The position numbers and the translations under genes were made by a program. The notes beneath the pieces were generated by a model. The model had not been told where the DNA came from. It saw only the letters and a program-made list of their open reading frames with translations, and did not search any database. A DNA stretch of 64,000 bases from Candidatus Omnitrophota bacterium (GTDB lineage: Bacteria > Omnitrophota > Gorgyraeia > Zapsychrales > Zapsychraceae): positions 133,770 through 197,769 of the forward strand of contig JAGQKV010000018.1 of assembly GCA_020429915.1 (NCBI GenBank), read 5' to 3'. Shown here piece after piece: positions 54,675-64,000 of the stretch (positions within the stretch are counted from its first letter, which is position 1; each line of letters begins with the position of its first letter).

Positions 54675-55195
54675 AAATTCCTCGGCCGGACTGCCGAACG
54701 CAACCGTAATGCGCGCTCGTCCACCAAGATCGACCAGTCCAGACTCACGACCGGTCCGTTCATACTAAACGGCAGTTCGCCCGGCGCTGCCACTCCGCGC
54801 ACCAGGACAGCCCCCGAACCGTAATTCGTATCCGCGACCGCCAGGCGTACTTCATATTCGCTCTGGGTGAAAGGCGGATTGGGGTCAGGGTCCAAGGGAT
54901 GATAAAGATACAAGCGGTACGTATTATCGCCGTCGCCGAGATCAGCGGTAAACGTCATGCCCCCTGCCGTCAATGCATCAATACTCTTGGCCTGTCGCAG
55001 CATCCGTGCCGCAGTATCCAAGGCCTGCGTGAGGTCCGCCCGCGCGGCGGCGATCTCCCGGTATGACGCAATCGCGTTGGTCCCGAAAAGATAAGCTGAT
55101 GTAGCCAATCCGCCCAGTATCGCCAGCACGGCAAGACTGACCATCAGTTCCACGAGCGTGAGCCCCCGCGGTGAAGAAAAACGCCTACCCGTCAT
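54671..55195 (-). CDS. Pseudopilin with prepilin-type N-terminal cleavage/methylation motif (GspJ/GspH-like)
   Basis: PRGLTLVELMVSLAVLAILGG: G|LTLVE, the class III signal peptide. Confidence 0.65.
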   Translation of the reverse strand: MTGRRFSSPRGLTLVELMVSLAVLAILGGLATSAYLFGTNAIASYREIAAARADLTQALDTAARMLRQAKSIDALTAGGMTFTADLGDGDNTYRLYLYHPLDPDPNPPFTQSEYEVRLAVADTNYGSGAVLVRGVAAPGELPFSMNGPVVSLDWSILVDERALRLRSAVRPRNL

Positions 55196-55203
55196 GCCCT
55201 CCC

Positions 55204-55590
55204 CTAAAATCCGTAGTCCGCCATTAACGTGGTCAAGGCAAGAGCCATTTCATCCCCTTTTTCATCCCAATACACGTTGACCACCACCTGTTTGGGATCG
55301 GCGACGACTGTCACTTCACGTTCAAATATGGGAAATCCACCGCCCACCGGCGCACGTACCCCGGCATAAGAATCGATGTCGCCGTAACTCGCGGCGGCCT
55401 TGATCTGCTCCATGCGTTCACGGGCAAGTTGCAATGCGATACCCCTGTTCTCGATAGAGGTATCGGCATTAATTGCCAAACTGAATAAATGAAAAATGAC
55501 CACGACGCCGATGACGAACAAGGTCATGGTCAGAATGGATTCAAGAAGGGTAAATCCGTTTTCGCGGGAACTGACAGTTACCGGTTTCAA
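55204..55590 (-). CDS. Pseudopilin GspI-like
   Basis: NGFTLLESILTMTLFVIGVVV prepilin motif; 128 aa. Confidence 0.65.
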   Translation of the reverse strand: MKPVTVSSRENGFTLLESILTMTLFVIGVVVIFHLFSLAINADTSIENRGIALQLARERMEQIKAAASYGDIDSYAGVRAPVGGGFPIFEREVTVVADPKQVVVNVYWDEKGDEMALALTTLMADYGF

Positions 55591-55598
55591 GACACAAC

Positions 55599-56063
55599 CT
55601 AAACTCCGAAATTACCGGATCCGTTGGTCACAAAAATATCATCGGTCTCGGTGTCGTCGACATCGATGTCTCCGGTAGAATCCTGGATTCTGAGAATATT
55701 GGACACTCCGTCGGGGCCATAACTATAGATAATATAAAAGTGCCCGTCGTCCGACAAAATGTATTGATATTCGGCTTCGTTGTCCGGATTAAAGGGGTCA
55801 TACAAGATCGAACTCACGATCTGGGGCGAGGCATCCAACAAGTAATCTTCCACGAGACTGGTCGCAGTATCCGGATATGCAGGCGGATTTTGGTTGGAAC
55901 GATAAGATTCCACAGCCACCTGCAGCGTCTTAAGTTCGCTTTGGGCCTTGGTGATATTTGCCTCGTCCTGCATACCTTTAAAGCGCGGAATCGCTATCCC
56001 GACCAGGATAGCAATCACGACCATGACAACCATTAACTCGATGAGGGTAAATCCCTTTTTCAA
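55599..56063 (-). CDS. Major pseudopilin / pilin GspG-like
   Basis: MKKGFTLIELMVVMVVIAILVGIAIPRF...ANITKAQSELKTLQVAVESY, the textbook GspG/T4 pilin N-terminus. Confidence 0.8.
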   Translation of the reverse strand: MKKGFTLIELMVVMVVIAILVGIAIPRFKGMQDEANITKAQSELKTLQVAVESYRSNQNPPAYPDTATSLVEDYLLDASPQIVSSILYDPFNPDNEAEYQYILSDDGHFYIIYSYGPDGVSNILRIQDSTGDIDVDDTETDDIFVTNGSGNFGV

Positions 56064-56098
56064 ATTCGACTCCTTTCCTTTGTCACATACGAGCCTAC

Positions 56099-57337
56099 TT
56101 ATCTTTGGATCGTCTTAACCATATCGAAAAGCGGCAATATCATCGATGCCATAATCAGTCCGGTGACACCACCCATGATCACGATCAAGACAGGTTCGAT
56201 AAGGAGCAACAGGCGTTTAATCGCGTGATCAATGCCTGCATCGTAAAAATCGGCAATCTTGTCCAGCATTGCCCCCAACTTGCCGGTCTCTTCACCGACA
56301 GCGATCATGTGCCGCACATCTTCGGGTATGCCTTTATGCCGTGCGAAGGCCGTCGCCAGCATTTCGCCTTTCTCGATCGACCGCCGTGCGTCTCGGATCA
56401 TCGCTGCCATGACGGTGTTGCCGGTGGCGTCGTGCGTAATGGTAAGTGATTCCAACATGGATACCCCGCTTTGCAACAAGGTGGCCAATGAACGGCAAAA
56501 GCGCGCCAACATGATTTTATTCGCAAGATCACCGACAACCGGAAGGCGCAACTGAATTCGGCTGACATGCGCCCGCCCTACTCCGGTGCGCACGTAACCT
56601 TTAAGGAACATTATAACGCCAATCAATATGATTCCAAACAGATACCAGTATTTATTTATGGCCGTTCCCAGCTGGTAAAGCAGCTGGGTAGGCAACGGGA
56701 GCGGGACTCCGGATTCGGTAAAAATAGCAATAAACTTCGGAATGATAAAGATTATCATCACTGAGAATATGATCGCGGCCGCACACAACAGGATCATCGG
56801 ATAAAACGTTGCGTTCTTGATCTTTTGCCGGATATCCTCCTGATTCTCCAGGTAAACCGCGTAGCGATGGAGTACCAACTTCAAATTTCCGCTCACTTCA
56901 CCGCTTTTAATGATACTGATAAACAGCGCAGAAAAGATTCCGGGAAGGCAGGCCAAGGCGTCCGAAAACGAGGAGCCGCCCGATACGGCCCGGCGCACAC
57001 CCTCCAGGGCCTTCGCCAGACGAGGATTGGCGGTCTGACGGACCGAAATATCCAGACAACGCAGTAACGGTATTCCTGCGTCGATCATATTTGACAATCG
57101 GACGGTAAACATGATCATCTGAACTGCGCTGACAGGACGATATCGGTCCAAATCAAACAAACTGCCTCCGCGCCTGCCGTCGTCCGCGGATTCGTTGTCA
57201 GCTACCGGTGTAATGTGTGTCGGCATGCATCCGGCATTGCGCAATTTGCGGGCCAACTCGTCCGCACTGGCGGCAGCCATTTCCCCGTGGATCAGCCTTC
57301 CGTTTTCTTCCCGCGCCTTATAGAGGTATTTGGGCAT
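56099..57337 (-). CDS. Type II secretion / type IV pilus platform protein GspF/PilC
   Basis: Start MPKYLYKARE at 57337. Two T2SSF repeats with TM segments (FYPMILLCAAAIIFSVMIIFIIPKF...; IEPVLIVIMGGVTGLIMASMILPLF). The upstream 84 codons of the ORF track entry are antisense of gspE. Confidence 0.8.
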   Translation of the reverse strand: MPKYLYKAREENGRLIHGEMAAASADELARKLRNAGCMPTHITPVADNESADDGRRGGSLFDLDRYRPVSAVQMIMFTVRLSNMIDAGIPLLRCLDISVRQTANPRLAKALEGVRRAVSGGSSFSDALACLPGIFSALFISIIKSGEVSGNLKLVLHRYAVYLENQEDIRQKIKNATFYPMILLCAAAIIFSVMIIFIIPKFIAIFTESGVPLPLPTQLLYQLGTAINKYWYLFGIILIGVIMFLKGYVRTGVGRAHVSRIQLRLPVVGDLANKIMLARFCRSLATLLQSGVSMLESLTITHDATGNTVMAAMIRDARRSIEKGEMLATAFARHKGIPEDVRHMIAVGEETGKLGAMLDKIADFYDAGIDHAIKRLLLLIEPVLIVIMGGVTGLIMASMILPLFDMVKTIQR

Positions 57338-57347
57338 CGTCGTGAAA

Positions 57348-58967
57348 TCATCCTTCCTTGATAACGCGTAGTACTTCCTCCGGACTTGTGAGACCGGCCT
57401 CCGCCTTGCCCATGCCGTCATCATGCAGGGTGCGCATCCCGCTGGCCAAGGCCGCCTGCCGGATGTCCTCGGACGAAGCCTTTCTGAGGACCAATTGCCG
57501 GATATCCTCATCGGGCAGCATGAGTTCGTAAATCCCGGTACGTCCGGCGTAACCCGATTGCAAACACCGCTCACAACCTTTGGCGTCACAATGGCGGCAC
57601 TTCAGACGGATTAAACGCTGCGCCAATACGCCGATCAGTGCGGAGGCGATCAAATACGGTTCGATTCCCATATCGGTAAGCCGGGTGACGGCCGACGGGG
57701 CATCGTTAGTGTGTAAGGTCGACAATACCAAATGCCCGGTCAACGAGGCCTGAACAGCCATTTCTGCGGTATCAAGATCACGAATTTCCCCGACCAGGAT
57801 GATGTCGGGATCCTGACGGAGAATCGAGCGCAGGCCGTTAGCAAAAGTCAGGTCGACGGACGGATTGACTTGAATCTGAGTGATCCCCTTTAACCGGTAC
57901 TCCACGGGATCCTCCAGGGTGATGACATTCTTGTCCGGAGAGTTAATCTCGTGAAGCGACGAATACAAGGTGGTTGTCTTGCCGCTCCCCGTAGGCCCGG
58001 CCACCAGTAGAATCCCGTTGGGTTGACCGAGCAGCCTGCGGTAGTCCGGCATGACGTCATCGGGAATGCCGATATCGTTCAACGGCAGCAAGACCGTCCC
58101 CAAATCCAACAGACGCATGACGATCTTCTCTCCGTAAATTGTCGGCACGCAGGAGACGCGGACATCAACAGGTTTATCTTGGACTTTAATCTGAAAACGG
58201 CCGTCTTGGGGCCGGCGGCGTTCGGAGATATCCAGATTGGCGAGGATTTTAACTCGGGATATGACGGCAGGATGAAACTTCATGGCCAGCGAGTCTTTTT
58301 CGTGGAGGAATCCATCGATCCGGAAACGAATGACGAAACGATCTTCTTGGGGCGCAAGGTGCACATCGGAAGCTCGCTGGAGCACGGCCTCGTCCAGTAT
58401 CTTGTCCACCATCCGGATAATCGGCGCTTCTTCCACCAAGCCGCGCAAGCGGTTCACTTCATCAGCACTAACCTCCTCCATCGATCCCCAGTTGCGGGCC
58501 TCGAACTCCTCGATGACCTCTCCAAAGTCGCCCTTGACGCCGTAATGCTTATCGAGAACCGTCCGGATCTCGGCTTCGGTAGCCACCGCCGGCTCGATGG
58601 TCATGCCTGTTACCGCCGCAATCTCGTCCAACGCGTCAAGGTCGAAAACGTCGGCCATCGCGCAGGTCAGACTGTCTTCAATCTTCAGAACGGGTATACA
58701 CAGATACTTACGCGCCAGCCCTTCCGGTATCAACGCGATAAGCTCCTCATGTATGTCAAAATTACCCAACTCAAGGCGGGGCACATCCATGTGCTCTGCA
58801 ATAAAATTGACCAAATCCTCTTCGGAAATGAATCCGGCCTGGATCAATGCCCGCTGCAAAGTCGATCCGTGGCGCGCCGTCGCGCGCGCCTCCTCCAGCT
58901 GCATGGCCGTGATGAGCCCCTTGGCTAACAGTAATTCGCCTAAAGTATTATTTTTGTGTGTCGACAT
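57348..58967 (-). CDS. Secretion ATPase GspE/PilB family
   Basis: 539 aa: N-terminal T2SSE_N domain; Walker A LVAGPTGSGKTTTLYS; Asp boxes; Walker B DPDIILVGEIRD; His box; tetracysteine CRHC...CERC. Confidence 0.85.
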   Translation of the reverse strand: MSTHKNNTLGELLLAKGLITAMQLEEARATARHGSTLQRALIQAGFISEEDLVNFIAEHMDVPRLELGNFDIHEELIALIPEGLARKYLCIPVLKIEDSLTCAMADVFDLDALDEIAAVTGMTIEPAVATEAEIRTVLDKHYGVKGDFGEVIEEFEARNWGSMEEVSADEVNRLRGLVEEAPIIRMVDKILDEAVLQRASDVHLAPQEDRFVIRFRIDGFLHEKDSLAMKFHPAVISRVKILANLDISERRRPQDGRFQIKVQDKPVDVRVSCVPTIYGEKIVMRLLDLGTVLLPLNDIGIPDDVMPDYRRLLGQPNGILLVAGPTGSGKTTTLYSSLHEINSPDKNVITLEDPVEYRLKGITQIQVNPSVDLTFANGLRSILRQDPDIILVGEIRDLDTAEMAVQASLTGHLVLSTLHTNDAPSAVTRLTDMGIEPYLIASALIGVLAQRLIRLKCRHCDAKGCERCLQSGYAGRTGIYELMLPDEDIRQLVLRKASSEDIRQAALASGMRTLHDDGMGKAEAGLTSPEEVLRVIKEG

Positions 58968-59013
58968 GACTTCAAGATCCGTCCGCGAACCGGACCGGCA
59001 ACCCCGTTCGGGA

Positions 59014-59376
59014 TCAGCCCGACAGCTGGCGGACTTTACTTAGCAATTCACTAAAATCCGCGGTCTTGCAAATAATGGCATCCATCCCAATATTCTTCTT
59101 GAGATCTTCCTCATCCGTGACCAACCGCGCGGTATAGATAATAACCGGGACACTCTTAAAACGCGCGTCGGCCTTGAGCAACGCACACATCTTGTACCCG
59201 TTTAGTTTGGGCATCATTTCGTCCAGAATGACCAAATCAGGCCCTTCCGATTTGACCATCGTCAAACCGGCCTGGCCGTCTTCAGCGGTTATGACTTCAT
59301 AACCTTCCGCTTCAAAGCGATATTTGATGGTCTCTAAGATATCCGGTTCGTCTTCGACGATAAGTATTTTCTTCAT
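59014..59376 (-). CDS. Single-domain CheY-like response regulator
   Basis: 120 aa: KILIVEDEPD...DLVILDEMMPKLNG...VPVIIYTA...ICKTADF. Confidence 0.75.
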   Translation of the reverse strand: MKKILIVEDEPDILETIKYRFEAEGYEVITAEDGQAGLTMVKSEGPDLVILDEMMPKLNGYKMCALLKADARFKSVPVIIYTARLVTDEEDLKKNIGMDAIICKTADFSELLSKVRQLSG

Positions 59377-59440
59377 GCTGAGATCCTATATGTTTCTACT
59401 GTTGGGAAAATTGTCCCTTACGCGACCCAAAGCGGCCAGC

Positions 59441-60226
59441 CTAAAAAACACCGTTAACGGCGGGTAGGATATCGCTGAAATCATCGGACGGAACATATTT
59501 ATCCACTCCGTCTTTATGCGCTATGGTGGATGTGATGACCGTCTTATCAACATCAGCCTCACGGCTGGAGTACAGGACGATCCTGAAATTTTGTGCAATA
59601 TTCTCGCGCACCAGTTTTCCGACCAGAATGTCTCCCGAGATATCCCGCAGCAACATATTGATAACGGCCACATCCGGCGGATCGAGCTTCATCCGTCTGA
59701 TAGCAGCCGAACCGCTGTGAGCGATCTGAACCACGTAACCGCAGCATAGAAATCCGAGCGACAGCTTTTGCATGATCTTGGGATTGTCCTCCACAATACA
59801 GATCCGACGCGCCCGCACGACACCCACTGTCGATTCGTTATGCAATACTCCCGAGTTGCTGAGGATGATTTGTTCAGCGGTTTGCAAAAGATCGTCCAGC
59901 TCAAACGGTTTGGCCATAAAGCCGTCGGCGTCGAGATCATGAAACAGGTTCTCCATGTTAGCCCGCGCGGTCAGGATCAGGACGGGGTACTTGGTGCGAT
60001 CATCGGGCCCCTTGATTCTTTGATAAAACTCCAGTCCGTTCATGCGCGGCATGTTAACGTCGAGTATGATCAAATCGGGCTCCAAATCCGCGAGTTTCTC
60101 CAACCCGTCAACGCCGTCTATGGCGGTTACGACGGTATAGCCGGCCGCTTTAAATTTATACCCAACGGTGTCGCGCAGGTCTTCCTCATCATCGATAATC
60201 AATACGGTCTTGGGGTGATGGCTCAT
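59441..60226 (-). CDS. Response regulator with an N-terminal REC and a second degenerate REC-like domain
   Basis: 261 aa. REC1: VLIIDDEEDLRD...DLIILDVNMPRMNG...VLILTARAN...KPF. A second alpha/beta unit (ICIVEDNPKI...DVAVINMLLRDISGD...) lacks a clear acceptor Asp context. Confidence 0.65.
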   Translation of the reverse strand: MSHHPKTVLIIDDEEDLRDTVGYKFKAAGYTVVTAIDGVDGLEKLADLEPDLIILDVNMPRMNGLEFYQRIKGPDDRTKYPVLILTARANMENLFHDLDADGFMAKPFELDDLLQTAEQIILSNSGVLHNESTVGVVRARRICIVEDNPKIMQKLSLGFLCCGYVVQIAHSGSAAIRRMKLDPPDVAVINMLLRDISGDILVGKLVRENIAQNFRIVLYSSREADVDKTVITSTIAHKDGVDKYVPSDDFSDILPAVNGVF

Positions 60227-60228
60227 GG

Positions 60229-61392
60229 CTATCCTTTTCTCCTTTCCTCAATGGGCAGCAGGAAGCAGAAACAACTCCCTTCCCCGACCTGTGACTCGAC
60301 CCAAATCTTTCCGCCGTGACGGTCTACGATCTCTTTGCAGATCGCCAATCCCAGGCCGGTCCCACCGGTGTGTTGATGGGGCTCTCCAAGTTGTTGAAAT
60401 TTCTGAAAAAGTTTATCTTTATCCTCCACGCTAATACCCGGACCGGTGTCGGCAACTCTCACTTCGACGTAGTTCCGCTCGACGTTGTTGGTGCACACGA
60501 CCATGACACCGCCTTGCTCGGTAAACTTGATAGCGTTACTAAGCAAGTTATTCAACACCTGGTGTATTTTATCAACAGCCATGGGGATCGCGGGCAAATT
60601 ATCGGAAATATTCGTTGTCAATGTTAATCCCTTGGCCGCAGCCGCCTCCGCGTGGTTATCGACGTCTTCGGCAATCAGTTGGGCCAGATTGTGAAAGGAT
60701 ATCTGTAGTTCTGTCTTTCCGGATTCCAACTTGGTTAAGTCCAAGATGTCATTGATCAGGCGGTTGAGCCGGTCGACATTGTTCTTGGTTTTCTGAAGAA
60801 ACTTGCTTTGATCTTCCGTTAGGGGCCCCGGAGCACCGCTGAGTACAAGGTCGACTGTGGATTTAATAGACGCCAAAGGTGTACGCAGCTCATGCGATAC
60901 CGTAGAGGTGAACTCCTTTTGCGTCTCATACATCCCTTTTAACCGACGGTTAAGAACCTCCAATTCCTCATTCTTTGCTTTGGTTGCTTCGAACAACTCC
61001 CGGTTCTGCACGACCAGATCGTGATGTTCGATAGCTTGCTTAACGGTTGCCTTCAACTCCTCTGAATTCCACGGTTTGTTGATAAAGCGGTAAACACCGC
61101 CGTAGTTGATCGCGTCTTCAGCCGCCTGAATGTCCGCGTGGCCAGTAATGAGGATGCGCACCACGTCCGGGAATTTCTCACGGACCTGTTTCAAGAACTC
61201 CACTCCGGTGATTTGAGGCATACGTTGATCGCTCAGAATCACCTTGATCGGATGCTTCTCGATAATACCGATGGCTTCTTGGGAGTCCCCCGTACTCGTT
61301 ACCGCGAAAGATTCCCGGAAGAACAAACGCTTTACCGATTCGCGTATGTTTTCCTCATCATCGAGAACCACGACATTGATTTCTTTTTCCAT
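60229..61392 (-). CDS. Hybrid response regulator-histidine kinase (REC-HisKA-HATPase_c)
   Basis: 387 aa: REC (VVVLDDEENI...VILSDQRMPQITG...ILITGHAD...NKPW); H-box TVSHELRTPLASI; N/G boxes (LNNLLSNAIKFT, DTGPGI, GGTGLGLAICKEIV). Confidence 0.8.
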   Translation of the reverse strand: MEKEINVVVLDDEENIRESVKRLFFRESFAVTSTGDSQEAIGIIEKHPIKVILSDQRMPQITGVEFLKQVREKFPDVVRILITGHADIQAAEDAINYGGVYRFINKPWNSEELKATVKQAIEHHDLVVQNRELFEATKAKNEELEVLNRRLKGMYETQKEFTSTVSHELRTPLASIKSTVDLVLSGAPGPLTEDQSKFLQKTKNNVDRLNRLINDILDLTKLESGKTELQISFHNLAQLIAEDVDNHAEAAAAKGLTLTTNISDNLPAIPMAVDKIHQVLNNLLSNAIKFTEQGGVMVVCTNNVERNYVEVRVADTGPGISVEDKDKLFQKFQQLGEPHQHTGGTGLGLAICKEIVDRHGGKIWVESQVGEGSCFCFLLPIEERRKG

Positions 61393-61419
61393 ATTGACCT
61401 CTTTCCTGCGGTGGCGACG

Positions 61420-63450
61420 CTAGGCCGCCGCGCCCTTGTGCTGTCGCTTCAGTACCGATTCGTTCAAAGGGAGACGGATGGTGAATGTCGTTCCTTGGCC
61501 AGGAACTGATTTCACTACCAGTTTTCCACCGTGACCGGTTATAATTTCATGACTGACACTTAGTCCCAATCCGGTCCCCACTCCGACCGGTTTGGTGGTA
61601 AAAAAAGGCTCGAATATATGCTCCAGATGCGTCTCATCTATTCCACAACCAGTGTCACTGATATCGATGCATGCATACGGAGCATCGACGTAGGTCCTGA
61701 TCGTTATCTCTCCTTTATCCTTAATCGCCTGGGAGGCGTTGACCAGCAACGCGATAAAAACCTGGCCCAACTTTTGCGGATTACAGCGGATGAGCGGGAG
61801 GTCCGCATAGTCTTTCTTCAACTCGGCACGGTACTTGATTTCGTTCCACACAATGTTAATAACTCCTTCGATCACGTCTTCGATACTGTGTAACTCCATC
61901 TGCCCCTCATCCTTGCGGGCAAATGTCTTCAGGTCTTGGACAATCCGTTTGATACGCTCTGTGCCGCTGATTGTCTCCCGGACCACTTTCTCACAATCCT
62001 CCCGTATATACGCCAGATTCAATTGATCTTCCAATTCCTTCAGCGCCTGGCCCTTTTGTTTCGCAGCCTCCCAATCTTCCCTTTCGATAGCAGACCGCAA
62101 TTGAGTGGCGGACTCTGTTACGTCCTGATAAGCAGCGATGTACTCGGCGATCACCGCGATATTGTTGGAAATATATCCGAGCGGGTTATTGATTTCGTGC
62201 GCGACTCCGGCCGATAATTGACCTAACGAGGCCAATTTTTCCGATTGCATCAGCTGGGCATGGGTATTCTTTAGCTCATCGTAGGTATTCTTCATATCAA
62301 ACATCATGTGTTTCAGCGCCCGTTCGTTTTTGCGCAAATCCGCATTGGTCTTTTCCAATACGGCCTCAGCCTTTTTGCGCTCGGTGACATTCTTGGCCAC
62401 TAAGATTAAATTACCCGGCCTTCCGAACTTGTCGGTAAGCACCGACCCGCTGAGTATGACCGGTATGCAGTGGCCGCCCTTTGCCACAAAGCATGTATCA
62501 TAGTCAAGGACCGCCCCCAGACGGACGAGCTTGACTAACTCCTCAGCCTTCAGGGGAGTCCCCCCGCGCAACTCTTCACTCAGTAAGGCACCAATTGATT
62601 GACCGATCAGTTCGTCATCGGCAAACCCCAAATCCAGCTCAACGGCCGAATTAACAAAAAGGATCCGGCCCTTGGGATCAAGGACAATAAGTAAGGCGGC
62701 AATATTGGCAATGATGTTGTCGAAATAATCACGTTTAATGGTAATTCGTGAAAGTTGCTCGGCCATCGTGTTAAAGGTCGCAGCCAATTCTCCGATCTCA
62801 TCTTCGGTCACATCATCTATTCGCGCATCAAAGTCCCCATCACCCAGAGCATGCGCTTTTTCTTTCAAGTGACGCAGCGGTTTTATGAGACCGTCCGTCA
62901 TCTTCCATGAGATAAAAAAGGTTAATGCCCCGACAAGCAACATCAGGAAAACCACGGATCGGTCAATCCGGGCGACTGACGAATCAATAAAGGATTTGTT
63001 GAAACCGACATTCAGGTACCCTTTCTGATGCATAAGTTCGTGCTCAATATCGTAGACCTTCGACCCGTCCGGCAGCTCAACAATAACTGTCATCGGCACA
63101 CCATCCGACGTTAACGTGTGCCGATGAGTTATGATCGATTCGGGAATTTCCGAGAAAAAAGTATGGGCCAAAATTCGGTGTTGTGAATCAAAAACCACGA
63201 TGTAAGAAATATCCTCATTGCGCAAGCTTTCGCCTACGATCAAGCCAGTCAACTTGGCCCGGTCACCGGCCAGGACCAGGTCGCTGACAGGTTCTGTATA
63301 GGCAGCTACTGTGGACTGCCCCCGACGAAGAATTTCATCACGCATATTATGACTAACTAGCCTAACGGTGCTCCATACACTGACGACCGTAATAACCCCG
63401 GACAGCACGACGAGTGAGATAACGATTTGGTGGCGTAGTGACGGCCGCAT
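61420..63450 (-). CDS. Membrane sensor histidine kinase (periplasmic sensor-TM-HAMP-PAS-HisKA-HATPase_c)
   Basis: Likely start MRPSLRHQIVISLVVLSGVI at 63450; a second TM VVFLMLLVGALTFFISW; HAMP; PAS; H-box GVAHEINNPLGYI; HATPase (LLVNASQAI, DTGCGI, GTGLGLSVSHEII). Confidence 0.8.
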   Translation of the reverse strand: MRPSLRHQIVISLVVLSGVITVVSVWSTVRLVSHNMRDEILRRGQSTVAAYTEPVSDLVLAGDRAKLTGLIVGESLRNEDISYIVVFDSQHRILAHTFFSEIPESIITHRHTLTSDGVPMTVIVELPDGSKVYDIEHELMHQKGYLNVGFNKSFIDSSVARIDRSVVFLMLLVGALTFFISWKMTDGLIKPLRHLKEKAHALGDGDFDARIDDVTEDEIGELAATFNTMAEQLSRITIKRDYFDNIIANIAALLIVLDPKGRILFVNSAVELDLGFADDELIGQSIGALLSEELRGGTPLKAEELVKLVRLGAVLDYDTCFVAKGGHCIPVILSGSVLTDKFGRPGNLILVAKNVTERKKAEAVLEKTNADLRKNERALKHMMFDMKNTYDELKNTHAQLMQSEKLASLGQLSAGVAHEINNPLGYISNNIAVIAEYIAAYQDVTESATQLRSAIEREDWEAAKQKGQALKELEDQLNLAYIREDCEKVVRETISGTERIKRIVQDLKTFARKDEGQMELHSIEDVIEGVINIVWNEIKYRAELKKDYADLPLIRCNPQKLGQVFIALLVNASQAIKDKGEITIRTYVDAPYACIDISDTGCGIDETHLEHIFEPFFTTKPVGVGTGLGLSVSHEIITGHGGKLVVKSVPGQGTTFTIRLPLNESVLKRQHKGAAA

Positions 63451-64000
63451 TACTTTGCGCCTTTCAATATTTGCCAATCGGTAAAAAAATGCCAACCGTC
63501 AGGTTGGTATTTAATAAAGTAGGTATAACTCAGCCCTTCACGATCTTCAGGACCATAACCGATCGTCTGGCCGATACCGATCTCATATTCCCATAACGAT
63601 TCAAGCGAGCTGATCAGACTCTCCCGTGTCAAATGCCGCCCCGCGCGTCGCAGCCCCTCGACCAAAACCTGGGCGTTAATGAAACCCTCCAATCCGCTGA
63701 ATGTTGGCTTCTCCTGCGGGTAATACTTAGCCAGCAGGCGACGGTATTCCCGCGGGGCCAGAAGATGGAGATTGTCCGGCGGGGGAACCGTGGCCGAAAC
63801 GATGATGTGCTGATCGGGGAAGGCCGTATAGCCGAGTCGATGCAGTTCGCTCGCCAATGTTTCCGGTCCCACAAAGGAAACCAGATAAAAAACCGGATGA
63901 TATCCGCGCCGCTGGCTAAGAGTAATAAACTTGGCGCTCGGGGCATAGAGCGCCAAGAATAACACCGCCTCGGCTCCGGAAGAAACAATCTCCTCGAGTG
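63450..64000 (-). CDS. Periplasmic substrate-binding protein (type I PBP fold, LivK-like); 5' end beyond the window
   Basis: Open minus-strand frame to the window edge: ...FPDQHIIVSATVPPPDNLHLLAPREYRRLLAKYYPQEKPTFSGLEGFINAQVLVEGLRRAG...YGPEDREGLSYTYFIKYQPDGWHFFTDWQILKGAK. Its stop abuts the sensor kinase start, so it is probably a ligand-sensing partner. Confidence 0.5.
   Translation of the reverse strand, partial: LEEIVSSGAEAVLFLALYAPSAKFITLSQRRGYHPVFYLVSFVGPETLASELHRLGYTAFPDQHIIVSATVPPPDNLHLLAPREYRRLLAKYYPQEKPTFSGLEGFINAQVLVEGLRRAGRHLTRESLISSLESLWEYEIGIGQTIGYGPEDREGLSYTYFIKYQPDGWHFFTDWQILKGAK

Overview
This is a 64 kb window of GC-rich bacterial chromosome (about 60% GC by eye; I could not compute it). 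It is densely coded, mostly on the minus strand. I found no CRISPR array, transposase, integrase or rRNA. Many long plus-strand ORFs in the six-frame track are antisense artefacts of the GC-rich minus-strand genes; I rejected them.

Recognisable content, left to right:
- The tail of a MarR-controlled efflux operon: a partial RND membrane-fusion lipoprotein.
- Housekeeping genes: HtpX, RecQ, RecR-DnaX-DUF503, a YfcH-type epimerase, MscS, Tex, a PMT-like/TPR membrane protein, D-lactate dehydrogenase, and TadA.
- Three tRNAs: Ser-GCU, Arg-ACG and Ser-GGA.
- A 10 kb type II secretion / type IV pilus-like cluster (secretin, ExeA/ExeB-like, PilP/PilO-like, a PilM-PilN fusion, four pseudopilins, GspF, GspE). 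It is followed by a four-gene phosphorelay (two response regulators, a hybrid REC-kinase, a HAMP/PAS sensor kinase) and a periplasmic binding protein that runs off the window end.

The unusual material:
1. Two giant paralogous secreted/membrane proteins, P1 (7265..12925, 1886 aa) and P2 (26102..29485, 1127 aa). They share an unrecognised ~300-350 aa N-terminal domain, an internal signal-peptide-like hydrophobic/lipobox segment, and HEAT-like repeats. Both are preceded by the same upstream DNA motifs (TGATTGGGGAAT and ATGATTAATA).
2. P1 additionally carries an embedded receiver (REC) domain, a ~170 aa internal tandem duplication, and an internal Tat/lipobox-like 'MSRRSFLG...LCSAC' segment preceded by a Shine-Dalgarno-like sequence.
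3. P2 heads a minus-strand gene string: a B12-binding radical SAM enzyme, a sensor GGDEF-EAL protein and a PF04392-type binding protein.
4. A second odd module: a secreted tandem M16 peptidase, a CpaF/TadA-type secretion ATPase, and a 1162 aa membrane protein that fuses a HExxH metalloprotease-like region to a C-terminal DUF58 domain. DUF58 normally partners MoxR AAA+ ATPases.
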